Of a DNA stretch of 64,000 nucleotides, positions 42,076 through 55,963 are shown piece after piece. Position numbers and translations under genes: made by a program. Each line of letters starts with the position of its first letter. Position 1 is the stretch's first letter. This DNA is from Octopus vulgaris (taxonomy: Eukaryota), in assembly GCA_951406725.2 (NCBI GenBank), contig OX597823.1, positions 57,660,001-57,724,000 of the forward strand, read 5' to 3'. The notes under the pieces are model-generated. The model was not told the origin of the DNA. It saw only the letters and a program-made list of their open reading frames with translations, and ran no database searches.

Positions 42076-42706
42076 AATGCTAGGTGTTGTATAGAAGTAA
42101 TTCTACTTCTATAAAGAGTGTCATACATTTCATTGAATAGGATGAAGGCTTCGAAATATAACAATCGTGCTCATTTACTGATGTATCTATCATATACGGG
42201 AAAACAGTCATCCCTTTGTATACGGTACACAATAATACAAATATTTCAATAAAAGTCTTCGCAATGGAAGCACCTTTGAAGAATTTCAAGAGTATTTTTC
42301 TCAACAAACAAGTAATTTGCGTCATGGTAGCCCACGCATTTGAGACAGCTATTGACCTATAAAGAATATCTGGTCTGAATATTTTCTGCACTGACGCATA
42401 ACAGAGATTGTAGACAAAAACAAGTATGGAACCCAATACAAAGCTCATTTGAAGATTGGAAGAGATCCCGGATTTTTTTCTGAGCAATAAAGCATTCCAA
42501 TCAACATTAGTTACTCAAGCAGACATATGTGATGAGTTATGGACTGAGTGAGGGTGAGAGAAACTCCTAACATTGGAAAAGGATATAAAAATCATGGATT
42601 GTTGTACCAGACAGCTAATGAATTGCGGAGAAATAATGCACAGAATTTCAATTGATTCTCATATACTCAGAAGAATTACAGAGCATGTGTAAGTGTATGT
42701 GTATGC

Positions 42707-42785
<79 letters not shown>

Positions 42786-42791
42786 TATATG

Positions 42792-42846
42792 TACAGTAAT
42801 CACCCGCTATATCGCGGTTCACTTATCGTGCCCTCAGTACATCGCG
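42792..42846 (+). mobile_element. Tigger/pogo-like terminal fragment
   Basis: tacagtaatcacccgctatatcgcggttcac begins with the TA-CAGT TIR signature. Confidence 0.5.
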
Positions 42847-43535
42847 GAGGTAGGTGAGGAGAAACGGGAGAAGGGTGACGGCGGGGCGTGGTCTGGCAAG
42901 GACGGTGTGAATAGTGGTGAGGGGACATCCACGAAGGATGAAGTAGCGAACCATGAGTTGAGACAAGTCTCAAAGTTACTGCAGAGCCTGCGCAGACGGA
43001 GAAATTGTGAGTAGGGGATGGAGAGCTTGATGTTTTTAGGGAGGGAGGAGGAGAAGTTGAGGTATGAGTGTAAGTCTATGTGTTTGTAGTGGATGGAGAT
43101 GCTGAGAGTGGAGTGATGAATGCTGGCTGAAATGTCGAGAAAGGCGATCGATGTGTTGGAAATATTGCAGGAGTATTCGAGGGCAGGATGGAAAGATTTG
43201 ACAAAAGAGAGGTAGGAGTCTCGCTGTTCGCTGGAGAGCAAGGTCGCACCGATGCGGTCGTCAATATAACAATCGTATAGTTCGAGAGTGAGACCTGTGA
43301 ATCTTGAGAATATTTGGGCCTCAACGTAGCCAACGAACATGTTCGCATAGTTGGGGACCATTCTCATTCCCATGGCCACTCCCGAGCATTGGTGGTAAAA
43401 ATCACCCGTTAACGAGAAGCAATTAAGAGAGCGAACAAGTTCGGCCAGACGAAGAAGCGTGAATGTGTCAGGTTGAGGGTTAGGTCGATGGTCAAGTTAG
43501 TGTTTGAGGGCAAGAAGCCCCTCGTGATGTGGGAT
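42847..43535 (-). mobile_element. Penelope-like element reverse transcriptase fragment (pseudogene)
   Basis: IPHHEGLLAL..YHQCSGVAMG..PNYANMFVG..YIDD..FLDI..YLNFSSSLPKNIKLSIPYSQFLRLRRLCS are diagnostic PLE RT motifs. Confidence 0.93.
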
Positions 43536-43536
43536 C

Positions 43537-43638
43537 TAGCTTTATAAGACCCTAACGTTAAATTCAACTTACAATGAAAGTAAACAGTTTGCTTTAGAAG
43601 CGTTTAAATGTATTTAACGTTCGGGTCTTATAAAGCTA
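43537..43638. repeat. 102-bp element with 27-bp inverted arms (MITE-like)
   Basis: tagctttataagaccctaacgttaaat / atttaacgttcgggtcttataaagcta, one mismatch, TA at both ends. Confidence 0.8.
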
Positions 43639-44757
43639 TTTATAAATCCTAAAATTGTAGAACAATTCTTTATTGGACAGTTTAGCTTAGAGGTAAAAAA
43701 ACCTAACGCGTAATCACAGAGATGTGATTTCGAGTCTCATGGCTGACCGTTAACGAATGTTTTTGCAATATATGGATTGTTTATCCTGGTCATGCTATTG
43801 TATTAGCATAATCATGCGTTTGAGAATAAATTATTTCTGTATCTTTCAATATATATATATAGTTACTCAGGGCGCCGCGCTGCGGAACTGAACCTCAAAA
43901 CACCGTGTTTGGCAAGTGCATTTTTCAAGCGTGCATCCAAGTTTGCACGTTTATCTATGTTTTGTATCCTGCATGAGCAGTGCTTACCTGACTGAAAATT
44001 TAATGTAAAGCCTAGGTGTTAACGTATGAAACACATTTGGTAGAATACCTTATAGCATAATTCTAACTATTATGCTCTAAATTTACGAACCGTTGGGATC
44101 CATTTTGCATTTCCTCATTCCGGGATTGATTACAAAAATGATGGTGCCGGATTGGTGATGCTATTAGGGTAACTGGCAAGACGTCCTTTTGCAGTTTCTT
44201 TCGAGAGACCCATGCTAAGGCAAGTGACCATGTCCAGCGACTGAAGATCTATTCATTAAATTTTTAGTATTGTATATTTTTATTTGTTTATGTCAACCGG
44301 TCGAGCGTATACATACAAGGAATTCGAATAGCTGCTTAAGAGAATCACCAATTTGGAATATATAAATATATCCTACAACGTTTGATTTATTTCATCAGTT
44401 TCTACAAACAAATGCTTATGTGTGTATGTTTGTATGTATGTATGTATGTATGTATGTATGTATGTATGTATGTATGTATGTATGTATGTATGTATGTATG
44501 TATGTATGTATGTATGTATGTATGTATGTATGTATGTATGTATGCATGTACGTATGTATGTATGTATGTATGCATGTATGTATGTATGTATGTATGTGTG
44601 TATGTATGTATGTATGTATGTGAGTGTTTGTGTGTAATGCATGTATGTGTGTAAGTATATATGTATTTCATAATGTATAGATGTGTAAATATGCACGCTT
44701 ATAGACAAGAATATGTAAATATATGTATGCGCACATACATACGATATATTATATATG

Positions 44758-44809
<52 letters not shown>

Positions 44810-45375
44810 TATACATATATCATATCTATATATAGTGAACACACAATTATGGAGACGGGGGATATTTATAAGATAACAAACGCATGCATACATAGATTTG
44901 TAGACAGCTTCATACACATATATACATATTTATGCTTGTATGCGTTCGCGGATGTGTTTCCATCTATGTGTGCATGTATGTATACATATATGGCAAATAT
45001 ATATATATATGGCAGATTAAAATATAACATTAAAGACATAGTAAACGAAGAGGCGAAAACAGCAACCCCTGGCTATTTTTCAGTCGTCTAATGACGTTTG
45101 TACATACGAGACACATTGATCAGAAGAAAACAGATCGAAAGTCTGGCTGGAGACTCTAGATATATCTATCATTCACACCAACAGAGCGATGGAAATTCAG
45201 ATATTTTCGTCTTCTATGAAACTTCAGTATGGATATTTAGTATTGTCGATATATTGGGAGACTGAGAATGATGAACATATTTAGTTATAGCTTTTGTTGT
45301 CGTTATTTCTTTTTATTTCATTATATATTTATGATATACACGTACATAGATACACAGATATATGTATATACACAC

Positions 45376-45458
<83 letters not shown>

Positions 45459-46402
45459 CATATATATATACATATATATATAGATGTATGTATGTATATA
45501 TATATATTTATATATATGTATGTATATATACACATATATATATATGTATGTATATATATGCAATATAATAGATACACATATACACAAACACAAAATATAT
45601 ATATATATATATAATACATGTATATGTGTACATAGATACACACATATACACAAACACAAACATATATATATATTTATTTATAGAATACATTTAAGAACGT
45701 GAATAAACGGAGATATTAGCACACACATACATACAGACACATGCGCGCGCACACACGTACATATGTACATATACTTACTTTCGTACATATTTATATATAT
45801 GAAATAACTTACAACCAGTTTTCTTGTTATGTATTATATAATCTTCATATATATAAAATGAATATATCTATGCTACAAGTCTACGCTAAAAGTCGTAGAC
45901 AATTAGTTCTACATTTTGTATAAGAGTACATGTTTTCAAGAAGAATGTCGTAGAATTTTTCATTTCTTCTGTTTAGCCTTCGACAGGAAGACTAGCAATA
46001 TTTTGTATACCCATTCTTAAATTAAATGCTAGAATTTATGGATCGTCCCTTTTAACACTATCATCTGGCTCACAGATGTCTTTATGTAAGTCCACTTTAT
46101 TTAAAACAATCCCATCAGTCCACCACTTTGGAGAAATTGTCTTCGTTCTATTTGTTTTGAAGACCTTGATTCTTTCGTTCTCTTTCATAATTAAAATATG
46201 CAGACCACTGTTAATAGATATAAAAATTTATTTCAAAAATAATAGATTATAAAAGATATTACCATAAAACGTTACAATGTTAGAAGAAAATAGAAAATAG
46301 ATATGCAGCAGTGCTATTTCAGTTTATGATCTATCACACACACTCACAAACTTATATATATATATATATAATGTATATATAAATAAAGTAATATATACAT
46401 GC

Positions 46403-46462
<60 letters not shown>

Positions 46463-46466
46463 ATAT

Positions 46467-46595
46467 ATATAAATACAGTGTACATTTGAACACATAAGAA
46501 GTATCCGTCATAGGATTCCTGGCACGCTAGAAGGAATAGCCAGGAATCCTATGACGGATACCTCTTATGTGTTCAAATGTACACTGTATTTATAT
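46467..46595. repeat. 57-bp inverted repeat with 15-nt loop
   Basis: Arms 46467-46523 and 46539-46595, one mismatch. Confidence 0.92.
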
Positions 46596-46644
46596 GAATA
46601 ATATATAGTCTATTCACTAAATTTTGTAGACGCTAGGTTACTGG

Positions 46645-46772
46645 TAGTAAGTAGATTGCTTACCAGCCACATGGTTTCGGGTTCAGACTCACTGCGTGGC
46701 AACTTCGGCAAGTGTCTTCTGCTATAGCAGAAGTGGATTTGGTAGACGGAAACTGGAAGAAGCCAGTCGTGT
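46645..46772 (+). mobile_element. SINE family A 5' half
   Basis: gtaagtagattgcttaccagccacatggtttcgggttcag..ggatttggtagacggaaactg. Confidence 0.8.
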
Positions 46773-47431
46773 ATATATATATATATATATATACGTGTAT
46801 GTGTGTGTGTATGTGTGTGTGTGTGTGTGCGTGTGTGTGTACATATATATATATGCGCGCACATACACGTATCCATATATGTGTATATGTGTATATGTGC
46901 GTATAATAAGAATTTAGAAGCTTTAGTAGATATATAAAAGTGGAACTCGAAGTAGGTAAAGCTATAAATGATAGTGTGTGGAATATCTGCCTGCACTACA
47001 CTTACCGTGGATAAAATACCCCTCCTATGGTAAAGTTGTGAAAACATCCGATTTGTTCAGTGTCGCCATCAATCATGAATCCCAGACATCCATGTTTCGA
47101 GTATATTGACTCATGTCAATCGGATAGACCTAAGAAAGGCAACTCTGAAAAAGCTTGAAATTCAGTCAACACGTTGACTGATTTCCTCTAGTATATGACC
47201 CGATGAAGGATAATATGCGAATGATAACCCCTAAGCAGTGTTTAGGTATAAGTACACACACACACACACATATATACGCACACACATAGATATGTGTGTG
47301 TGCCTCTGTGTGAGTGTTAGAAACATGACTGAAATAAATGAATTGCAAAATGGAGAAAAACGCTTAAATCTTTGCACCGATGAACAATTTCCGTTTACTA
47401 TCGATATTTCAGCATCCAATATATGTGTGTA

Positions 47432-47650
47432 CTACCCACAAGTGGCAAAACATAGAGGGGACAAACAAGGACAGACAAAGGTATTAAGTTGATTATATCG
47501 ACCCCAGTGTGTAACTGGTACTTAATTTATCGATCGAAAGGATGAAAGGCAAAGTCGACCTCGGCGGAATATGAACTCAGAACGTAACGACAGACGAAAT
47601 ACGGCTACGCATTTCGCCCGGCGTACTAACGTTTCTGCCAGCTCGCCGCC
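47432..47650 (-). mobile_element. SINE family B (long form)
   Basis: Reverse complement of 31613-31850. Confidence 0.9.
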
Positions 47651-47678
47651 AATATATGTGTGTAGATCTTTATGTGTA

Positions 47679-47728
<50 letters not shown>

Positions 47729-47978
47729 GTATGATGCATGGATGTATGTGTATGTGTGGTTGGGTTTATGTGCGTGTTGTTTTTTGTGTATGTATGCATT
47801 GAGTTTGAATATGTATGCATGTGTGCGTTTATGTGTGTTAGTGTGCATACGTATTTTATTCAAAATACTGCTTTATTAAGGCACTAATAGTCAAGAAAGT
47901 GTTTGCAAATTTTGCTCACTTGTCATAATATACAACATATGACGTAATATTTGTTTATAGACATACATTGCATTTATT

Positions 47979-48011
<33 letters not shown>

Positions 48012-48203
48012 ATGTTTGTACGTATATGCATGTATGTATTTATATATATATATGTGTGTGTGTGTGTGTGCATGTGTGTATTTATGTATGTCGATATAGC
48101 TAGCTGACTGAACTATTGAAAGTAACTGGTGAATGGATTGCCGGCATGCAAGGGAAGCAATCTAATAAAGAACAAAATGAATATAAGAATGTGTTTGTGG
48201 TCG

Positions 48204-48723
48204 TGGAGTATAATATACGAAGCCCAGTATACCCATCATGACTACCCGTCTGATAAGGGTACACCAAGCACATGCATATAACCATATGTGCGCGACATGG
48301 GATTCTCATATCACGATAAACAGCGCGTGACCTTGCAGGTGGGGCCCAGTTAGAATTTTCTTCTGGTCGAGTAGTCCATCCCGCTCGAAAGTTCCCTGAA
48401 TAAGGATTATTTAAGGATGTTGAACGAAACACCCATGTTTCCAAAGGTGAATTGTCCAAACCTCTAAGAATTCCTTTCAACACAAGGCTATGATGCTCCC
48501 CCACTACTTCTGCTTGTGATCAGAGATGCACATATCGTCAGCCACTAAGGGACATGCTCAACTGGTTATGGTCAAACAACCAACAAGCAAATCTGAGGTA
48601 TTGAGCAGAATATTTGCTGTAGCCCATCTTTTATACAAAGACAAAACAACTTACATGATAACACTTCCAATCAGTTAAGATCATGAACCATGAGAGCCAC
48701 TGTCTGGTAATGCATCAGGGCAT
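48204..48723. repeat. Probable interspersed repeat, unclassified, about 520 bp
   Basis: Sharp-edged, higher-GC block abutting (CAT)n; single copy in this window, and its repeat nature is recalled rather than shown. Confidence 0.45.
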
Positions 48724-48794
48724 ATCATCATCATCATCCTCATCATCATCATCATTATTAATATTTCAAGATTGAAGTTACTCTTCAGGAAGGT

Positions 48795-49024
48795 AAAGAA
48801 ACACGAAGAGCGCAACTGTTATTGATTATAAATAGAGATTGACTCTGTTTATTAAAAGTAAATGAACTGTATTTGGACACTCTGTGTGTCTTTTACAAGT
48901 TCATATATTTTCAACCTGTAAAAGACACACGGAGTGTCCAAATATCGTTTATTCGTTTCATTTTCATTTTAATTATCAGAGTCAATCTATTTATTAAAAA
49001 TAACAGTTGCGCCCTTCTTCTTGT

Positions 49025-49030
<6 letters not shown>
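48795..49030. repeat. Imperfect inverted repeat with arms of about 105 bp
   Basis: gcgcaactgttatt..gattgactctg..tatttggacactctgtgtgtcttttaca / tgtaaaagacacacggagtgtccaaata..cagagtcaatc..aataacagttgcgc. Confidence 0.88.
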
Positions 49031-49304
<274 letters not shown>

Positions 49305-49306
<2 letters not shown>

Positions 49307-49603
49307 AACGTCGCACAATATACAATAACGTGAGGTTGTTGATTGAAGATGTTTTGTCTACCAGGGGTTTGTACTGTTTGTCAAGTCACAACAAGGACCT
49401 CAGACAGACAATGCTTTACGCAGTATGAGTGCAGTTCCAAGTAATGCCAGCTGTCGCAATACATCTAGATTGTAGTTTATTTCTAAGGTTTTCAGATGTT
49501 TTGTTTTTTTTTCAGATTAGAGAGTATTAAACCCAGTGCTCTGATGGCAAGAGGGGTAAACTTTATGTTCGACTCTTGCAGCTGCCACATCTTAGCGATC
49601 TCG
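49305..49603 (-). mobile_element. 3' end of R4/Dong-like non-LTR retrotransposon (restriction-like endonuclease C-terminus)
   Basis: EIAKMWQL..FTPLAIRALG.. then, after a frameshift, LRQLALLGTALILRKALSV*; flanked on both sides by (TAA)n. Confidence 0.8.
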
Positions 49604-49647
<44 letters not shown>

Positions 49648-49677
49648 CACCATCATCATCTATCACCATCATCATCC

Positions 49678-49714
<37 letters not shown>

Positions 49715-49869
49715 CATTATTAAAAACGTCGCACAGTATACACGTCGATTATTAGGTACTCTTATTTGTCCATCCTAAAGGTTACTATATCCAGCCTTCG
49801 GTGCTCTAAAACCTTGTCTGCCTGGAAATCAAAGTTTCAGAAGATTTTTGCCTACCCCATTTCGTCTAT

Positions 49870-50655
49870 TGGCAGAATCGTTAGCAAAAAGCTTAGTGGC
49901 ATTTCTTCTGTTATTACGTTTGAGTTGAAACTCCTAGGAGGTGGGGGTCAACTTTACTTTCATTCTTTCGAGGTTTATAAAATAAATACCAGTTGAAAAT
50001 TGGGGACGGACGATGTAATCGACTTATCCCTGCAGAAACCACTGTCCTTGTGCCAGACAGCTGATAGAAACGTTAGCACGCCGGGCGAAATGCTTAGCGG
50101 TATTAAGTCTGCCGCTACGTTCTGAGTTCAAATTCCGCCGAGGTCGACTTTGCCTTTCATCTTCCGGGGTCGATTAAATAAGTACCAGCTACGCACTGGG
50201 GTCGATATAATCGACTTAATCCGTTTGTCTGTCCTTGTTTGTCCTCTCTGTGTTTAGCCCCTTGTGGGTAGTAATGAAACAGGTATTTTGTCTGCCGTTA
50301 CGTTCTGAGTTCAAATTCCGCCGATGTCGACTTTGCCTTTCATCCTTCCGGGGTCGATTAAATAAGTACCAGCTACGCACTGGAATCGATATAATCGACT
50401 TAATCCATTTGTCTTTCCTTGTTTGTCCCCTCTATGTTTAGCTCCTTGTGTGCAATAAAGAAACGTTAGCACGCTGGGAAAAATGTTTAGCGGCATTTCA
50501 TACTTCTCTACGTTCATCAAATTCCGTCGAGGTAGATTTTATATTTCATCCATTCGAGGTCGATGTATTAAGTACCATTGAAATACTGGGGTCGATGTAA
50601 TCGACTAGTCACCTCCCCCTAAATTTCAGGACTTGTGCCTTTATTAGAAAGGATG
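49870..50655 (+). mobile_element. SINE family B tandem array (about four units)
   Basis: Repeated gagttcaaattccgccga..ctttgcctttcat..ggggtcgat modules; module starts at 50099 and 50282. Confidence 0.9.
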
Positions 50656-50727
50656 ACAAGGTGAGAAGGTGACGAGCTGGCGGTCTCAGTAACACTACCA
50701 GGTAAAATGTTTCGTTGCGTTTTATAT

Positions 50728-51138
50728 AGGCGCAGGAGCGGCTGTGTGGTAAGTAGCTTGTTTACCAACCACATGGTTCCGTGTTCAGTCCCACTGCGTG
50801 GCACCTTGGGCAAGTGTCTTCTACTATGGCCTCGGGCCGACCAATGCCTTGTGAGTGGATTTGGTAGACGGAAACTGAAAGAAGCCCGTCGTATATATGT
50901 ATATATATATATATATATGCGTGTGTGTGTTTGTGTGTCTGTGTTTGTCCTCCTAGCATTGCTTGACAACCGATGCTGATGTGTTTATGTCCCCATTACT
51001 TAGCAGTTCGGCAAAAGAGACCGATAGAATAAGTACTGGGCTTACAAAAGAATAAGTCCCGGGGTCGAGTTGCTCGATTAAAGGCGGTGCTCGAGCATGG
51101 CCGCAGTCAAATGACTGAAACAAGTAAAAGAGTAAAGA
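50728..51138 (+). mobile_element. SINE family A, full length, young
   Basis: Near-identical to 56649-57068. Confidence 0.95.
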
Positions 51139-51967
51139 GATTATTATTATTATTATTATTAACATTGTTATTGTTTATGCAAAGGATGTATTTTTGCTTC
51201 TGTGTTTCTTTACTCCCGTGTTTCAGAATAATCTAACACAAATTTAGTATTATTTTCATTGTGAAACTCATTATCAATCAATCCCACTATCGGCGATAAT
51301 GTCGACCATGAAATCTTCATTAAAAAAGCAAATTAATTCAAGTTATCACCATCCGTAACAGAAAAATCGACAAACGGTGGACAGTATACTATAAAAGTTT
51401 TAAAGAACTACATATCTGAACGTATGTATTAGTGAATGTGTGCGTATGTATATGGCTGTGTGTGTATGTGCGAGTATATGTGTGTGGGTGTGTGTATATA
51501 TATATATATATATGTATGTGCACACATATATGGTACAGAAATATGTATGTAGAGAGACGCACAGACACTCGATATATAAGAACAGCCAACAAGTAAAACA
51601 TGTCGCTCTGGGTGTATCTACGTATGTGCATCCGTGTGGTGTGTACGTATGTGTGTGTATGTGCGTGTGTGTGTGTGTGTGTGAGAGTGTATGAGTCTAT
51701 CTATGTGTGTGAGTGCGCATAATTGCGTGTAATTTGTATGGTTATATAGGTGTTTGTGTCTGGGTGTGAATATCAAACTAAGTATATGTTTATATGCTCA
51801 TATATATATATACGTATAAACACTATACATATATATATATATATGTGTGTGTGTTTGCGTGAGTGTGTGTACGTGTGTTTTTCTACAGGTAATGTTTGGT
51901 GTCTGTTGTCTGCATGATTTGCTAAACTCACAGACTATAGAATAAGTGAAAGCATCGCTCAGAAGCA

Positions 51968-52042
<75 letters not shown>

Positions 52043-52122
52043 CATACATACATATACACATATGTATGCATATATATATATATAAACATAGATATATATA
52101 CATATATACACACACGTGTATG

Positions 52123-52165
<43 letters not shown>

Positions 52166-52931
52166 GTATGTATGCATATATGTGTGTGTGAGTGAGTATG
52201 TGTGTGTGTATACACACACATGGTGGCACATCTGATTATGTATGTGATGTGAATGCAGGAATGTACTGACACAGCACGTACCTACAGGCATATGCAAACA
52301 CACATACACACATACACACACATACACATATAAAGCGACATATATGTCCATGGCATGTGATTAGTGTGATACATTCACACGCATATGTTTATACATACAT
52401 ACATACATATATACACGTGTGTGTCCCTGTGTGAGTGTGTGTGTGACTGTAATTGAATAAATATATAAATGAACGAATAAATAAGGCGTCGATCACGCCT
52501 GAAAGATCAATGGTCTGGTTCAATACCCACTTATGACCCAACCAGACAGTTAGCCAGCCAGACAGACTTAACCATACGGCAACACAATGCAGTTACTCTT
52601 CTATAATTTACAACTGACCCTCTCGAGTCGTTCATTTACAGAGAAACCACTCACTGCCTGTTGTCGTCATGTCGCTCTGGTTTCTAACTGATCATCATGG
52701 CATTACTACTTGTCCATGTCTGTGACTATGTTTGCGAGGAAGTGTATGCGTATCTTTTTATATGCGATCAATGGTTAGCTTTGGTTAATATACGTATAAA
52801 CGTATGATTACGTCTGTAAGCAAATATATTTGTCTCTCAATCTCTTTCTCTATTTATATATACATAAATATATATATACATACATACACACATATATATA
52901 CCTATGTTATATGTATATATGTATGTATGTA

Positions 52932-52996
<65 letters not shown>

Positions 52997-53036
52997 GTAT
53001 ATATATATACGCATATATGTGCGCGTGTGTGTGTGA

Positions 53037-53071
<35 letters not shown>

Positions 53072-53076
53072 AGTAT

Positions 53077-53532
53077 AGGCGCAAGAGTGGCTGCATGGTA
53101 AATAGCTTGCTTACCAACCACATGGTTTCAGGATCAGTCCCATTGCATGACACATTGGGCAAGTGTATTCTACTATATAGCTTTGTGAGTGGATTTGGTA
53201 TGCGGAAACTGATAGAAGCCCGTTTTATATATATATATATATTTATATGTATATATATGTGTGTGTGTGTGTGTGTATGTGTGTGTGTGTGTGCGTGTGT
53301 GTGCGTGTGTATGTGTGTGTGTGTGTGAATGTATATGTTTGTTTGTCTGTGATTCTCACCTCAACATCGCTTGACAACCGATGCTGGCGTGTTTACGCCC
53401 CCGTAACGTAGCGGTTCGGCAAAAGGGACGGATAGAATAAATACTATGCTTTTAAAGAGTAAGCTCTAGGATTGATTTGCTCGACCAAAGTCGGTGCTCT
53501 AGCATGGCTGAAACAAATAGAAGAATAAAAGA
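53077..53532 (+). mobile_element. SINE family A
   Basis: Head, internal microsatellite and tail all present. Confidence 0.88.
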
Positions 53533-53565
53533 ACACACACACACACATATATATGTGCACACGTA

Positions 53566-53771
53566 TTCCTTTACTTGTTTGACTGAGGCCATGCTGGAGC
53601 ACTGCCTTTAGTCGAACAAATCGACCCCAGGGCTAATTCTTTGTAAGCTTAGTTCTTATTGTATCGGTATCTTTTGCCGAACCGCTAAGTTACGGGGTCG
53701 TAAACGTACCCACATCTGTGGTCCAGCGATGGTGGAGGGACACAAATAATTACATGCATACACACACACAT

Positions 53772-53856
<85 letters not shown>

Positions 53857-53970
53857 CGTTGTGCTCTTTCAGTTTCTCTATACCAAATCCACTTACAAAG
53901 CTTTGGTAGGCCCGAGGCTATAGTAGAAGACACTTGCCCAAGGTCCCATGAAGTAGGACTGAACCTGCAC
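53566..53970 (-). mobile_element. SINE family A, tail-to-tail with the previous copy
   Basis: ttacttgtttgactgaggccatgctggagcac..gaggctatagtagaagacacttgcccaagg. Confidence 0.88.
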
Positions 53971-54368
53971 CTGCGTGTAACATATTTTATTTATATATAT
54001 ATATGTGTGTGTGTTTGTGTGTGTATATATGCATGTATGTATGTGTATGTATATCTATCCATCTATCTATCTCTATATGTATCTATCTATATATATATCT
54101 ATCCATCTATCTATCTATATATGCATCTATCTATATATATATATTAATAAATATAAGGGTAGCGAAAAATTCAAGAAAAATTATTCTCCGCTACCAGCGG
54201 TCTAGTGAGAAAGAAAAGATAGTCAGAGACTATATAATATACATTCAACAATATTAAGGAATGGCCCTAATAGGTCATTCGACTCACTAGAAAGAGCAGC
54301 CAAACTCAAACCGCTAAATAGTTGTAACTTTGAAATAGAAAGAGAAATAAAAACATTTACCCTTTTCA

Positions 54369-54464
54369 TCTGTGGACTATGCATAGTTTCGACAAACTTC
54401 GGTAAAAAAATTAAATTAAATTAAATTAAATTTATTTACAACTGGCGTGTCTCATCAGCAAAGA
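54369..54464 (-). ncRNA. Type I hammerhead ribozyme, intact core
   Basis: Minus strand tctttg CTGATGA gaca..tgtc GAAA ctatgcatag TC cacaga; one mismatch in stem I. Confidence 0.75.
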
Positions 54465-54664
54465 AACCAAAGGCGACAGCAGAGAAGCCTCGAGTCTAAA
54501 TACTCTAAATTTTCAAAATCCACCGCCAACGCGCGGTCTTCTCAGCAGCAAATATAACCTGCTGATTTAATTTCAAAATTAGCCCAAAAATCATCAATTA
54601 AAAAATATAAGGGTAGCGAAAAAATTTTAAAAAGATTATTGTGGATATGTACTAGACCTCGGTT

Positions 54665-54760
54665 TCTTTGCTGATGAGACACGCCAGTTGTAAATAAATT
54701 TAATTTAATTTAATTTAATTTTTTTACCGAAGTTTGTCGAAACTATGCATAGTCCAGAGA
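54665..54760 (+). ncRNA. Type I hammerhead ribozyme, intact core
   Basis: tctttg CTGATGA(54671-77) gaca..tgtc GAAA(54739-42) ctatgcatag TC cagaga; stem I 6 bp with one GU, stem II 4 bp plus a long AU-rich extension, predicted cleavage after C54754. Confidence 0.82.
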
Positions 54761-55110
54761 TGAAATGGGTAAATGTTTTTATTTCTCTTTCTATTTCAAA
54801 GCTACTACTATTTAGCGGTTTGAGTTTGGCTGCTCTTTCTAGTGAGTCGAATGACTTATTAGGGCCATTCCTTAATATTGTTGAATGTATATTATATAGT
54901 TTCTGACTATCTTTTCTTTCTCACTAGACCGCTGGTAGCGGAGAATAATTTTTCTTGAATTTTTTCGCTACCCCTTATATTTATTAATTGATGATTGTTT
55001 GGCTAATTTTGAAATTAAATCAGCAGGTTACATTTGCTGCTGAGAAAACCGCGCGTTGGCGGTGGATTTTGAAAATTTGTAGTATATATATATATATATA
55101 TATATATCTA

Positions 55111-55173
<63 letters not shown>

Positions 55174-55239
55174 GTGTGTATGTATGCATATATATGTATG
55201 CATATATATATATATATATAAAGAAAGAAGGAAAGAAAA

Positions 55240-55271
<32 letters not shown>

Positions 55272-55768
55272 AAACGAATAGGTTAAGGTTCATCACAGCT
55301 GTTTCATACGCATCTTTTATTGATAAATAAACTGATTACCTTATGAAAACGAATCGTTTTCTTTAAGTGAATTAAAAATTAAAAAATTAATAATTGGTTC
55401 GGGGGGGAAATGGCAAAATGTGGTATTTGTGTTAACCCTTTCATTTTGGTGACAAATACGAGAGTGAAAGTATACCGACGTATAACCAAATCTGATGCAC
55501 GTCTGATTCACAAAGGCATCAACAGACAAATGTACAATAAATGATGTTTGAAATGAATAGCAGAGATAAAGCTTTAGAGAAAGACGAAGAGAATAGAACG
55601 GGTGCGAGAGGAAAAGTTGTGATCGAGTAGTTTAATGGAGACAAAATTCTATGCGGTAAAAAATGTTTTACTGCTAAACCCCCAGAATATCAGAACAAGA
55701 ACATTTCCGATAATAAATACTTAGATATTAGATATATACATACAATTCATATATATATATATTTATGA

Positions 55769-55836
<68 letters not shown>

Positions 55837-55837
55837 C

Positions 55838-55915
<78 letters not shown>

Positions 55916-55963
55916 GTATGTGTGTATGTATGTATGTATATAATTTTTTTTTTGTTTTTCTTT

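Larger units (their letters stand above)
54143..55085. mobile_element. Hammerhead-bearing unit of about 454 bp: 1.1 tandem copies plus an inverted, circularly permuted copy (retrozyme or Penelope pseudo-LTR like)
   Basis: Unit start att.a.aaatataagggtagcgaaaaa at 54143 and 54597; 54657-54988 is the reverse complement of 54143-54473, and 54988-55085 is the reverse complement of 54500-54597. Confidence 0.85.

Noticed and set aside
42080-42487. 135-aa ORF
   Set aside because: No recognisable motif on either strand; lies between decayed elements.
44200-44250. Superficial U6 snRNA-like words (gagagacccatgctaagg)
   Set aside because: Lacks the ACAGAGA box and the colinear U6 sequence.
50619-50969. 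Recurrent ORFs (RRHLPKVPRSGTEPGTMWL) at several loci
   Set aside because: Antisense translations of SINE A, not a gene family.
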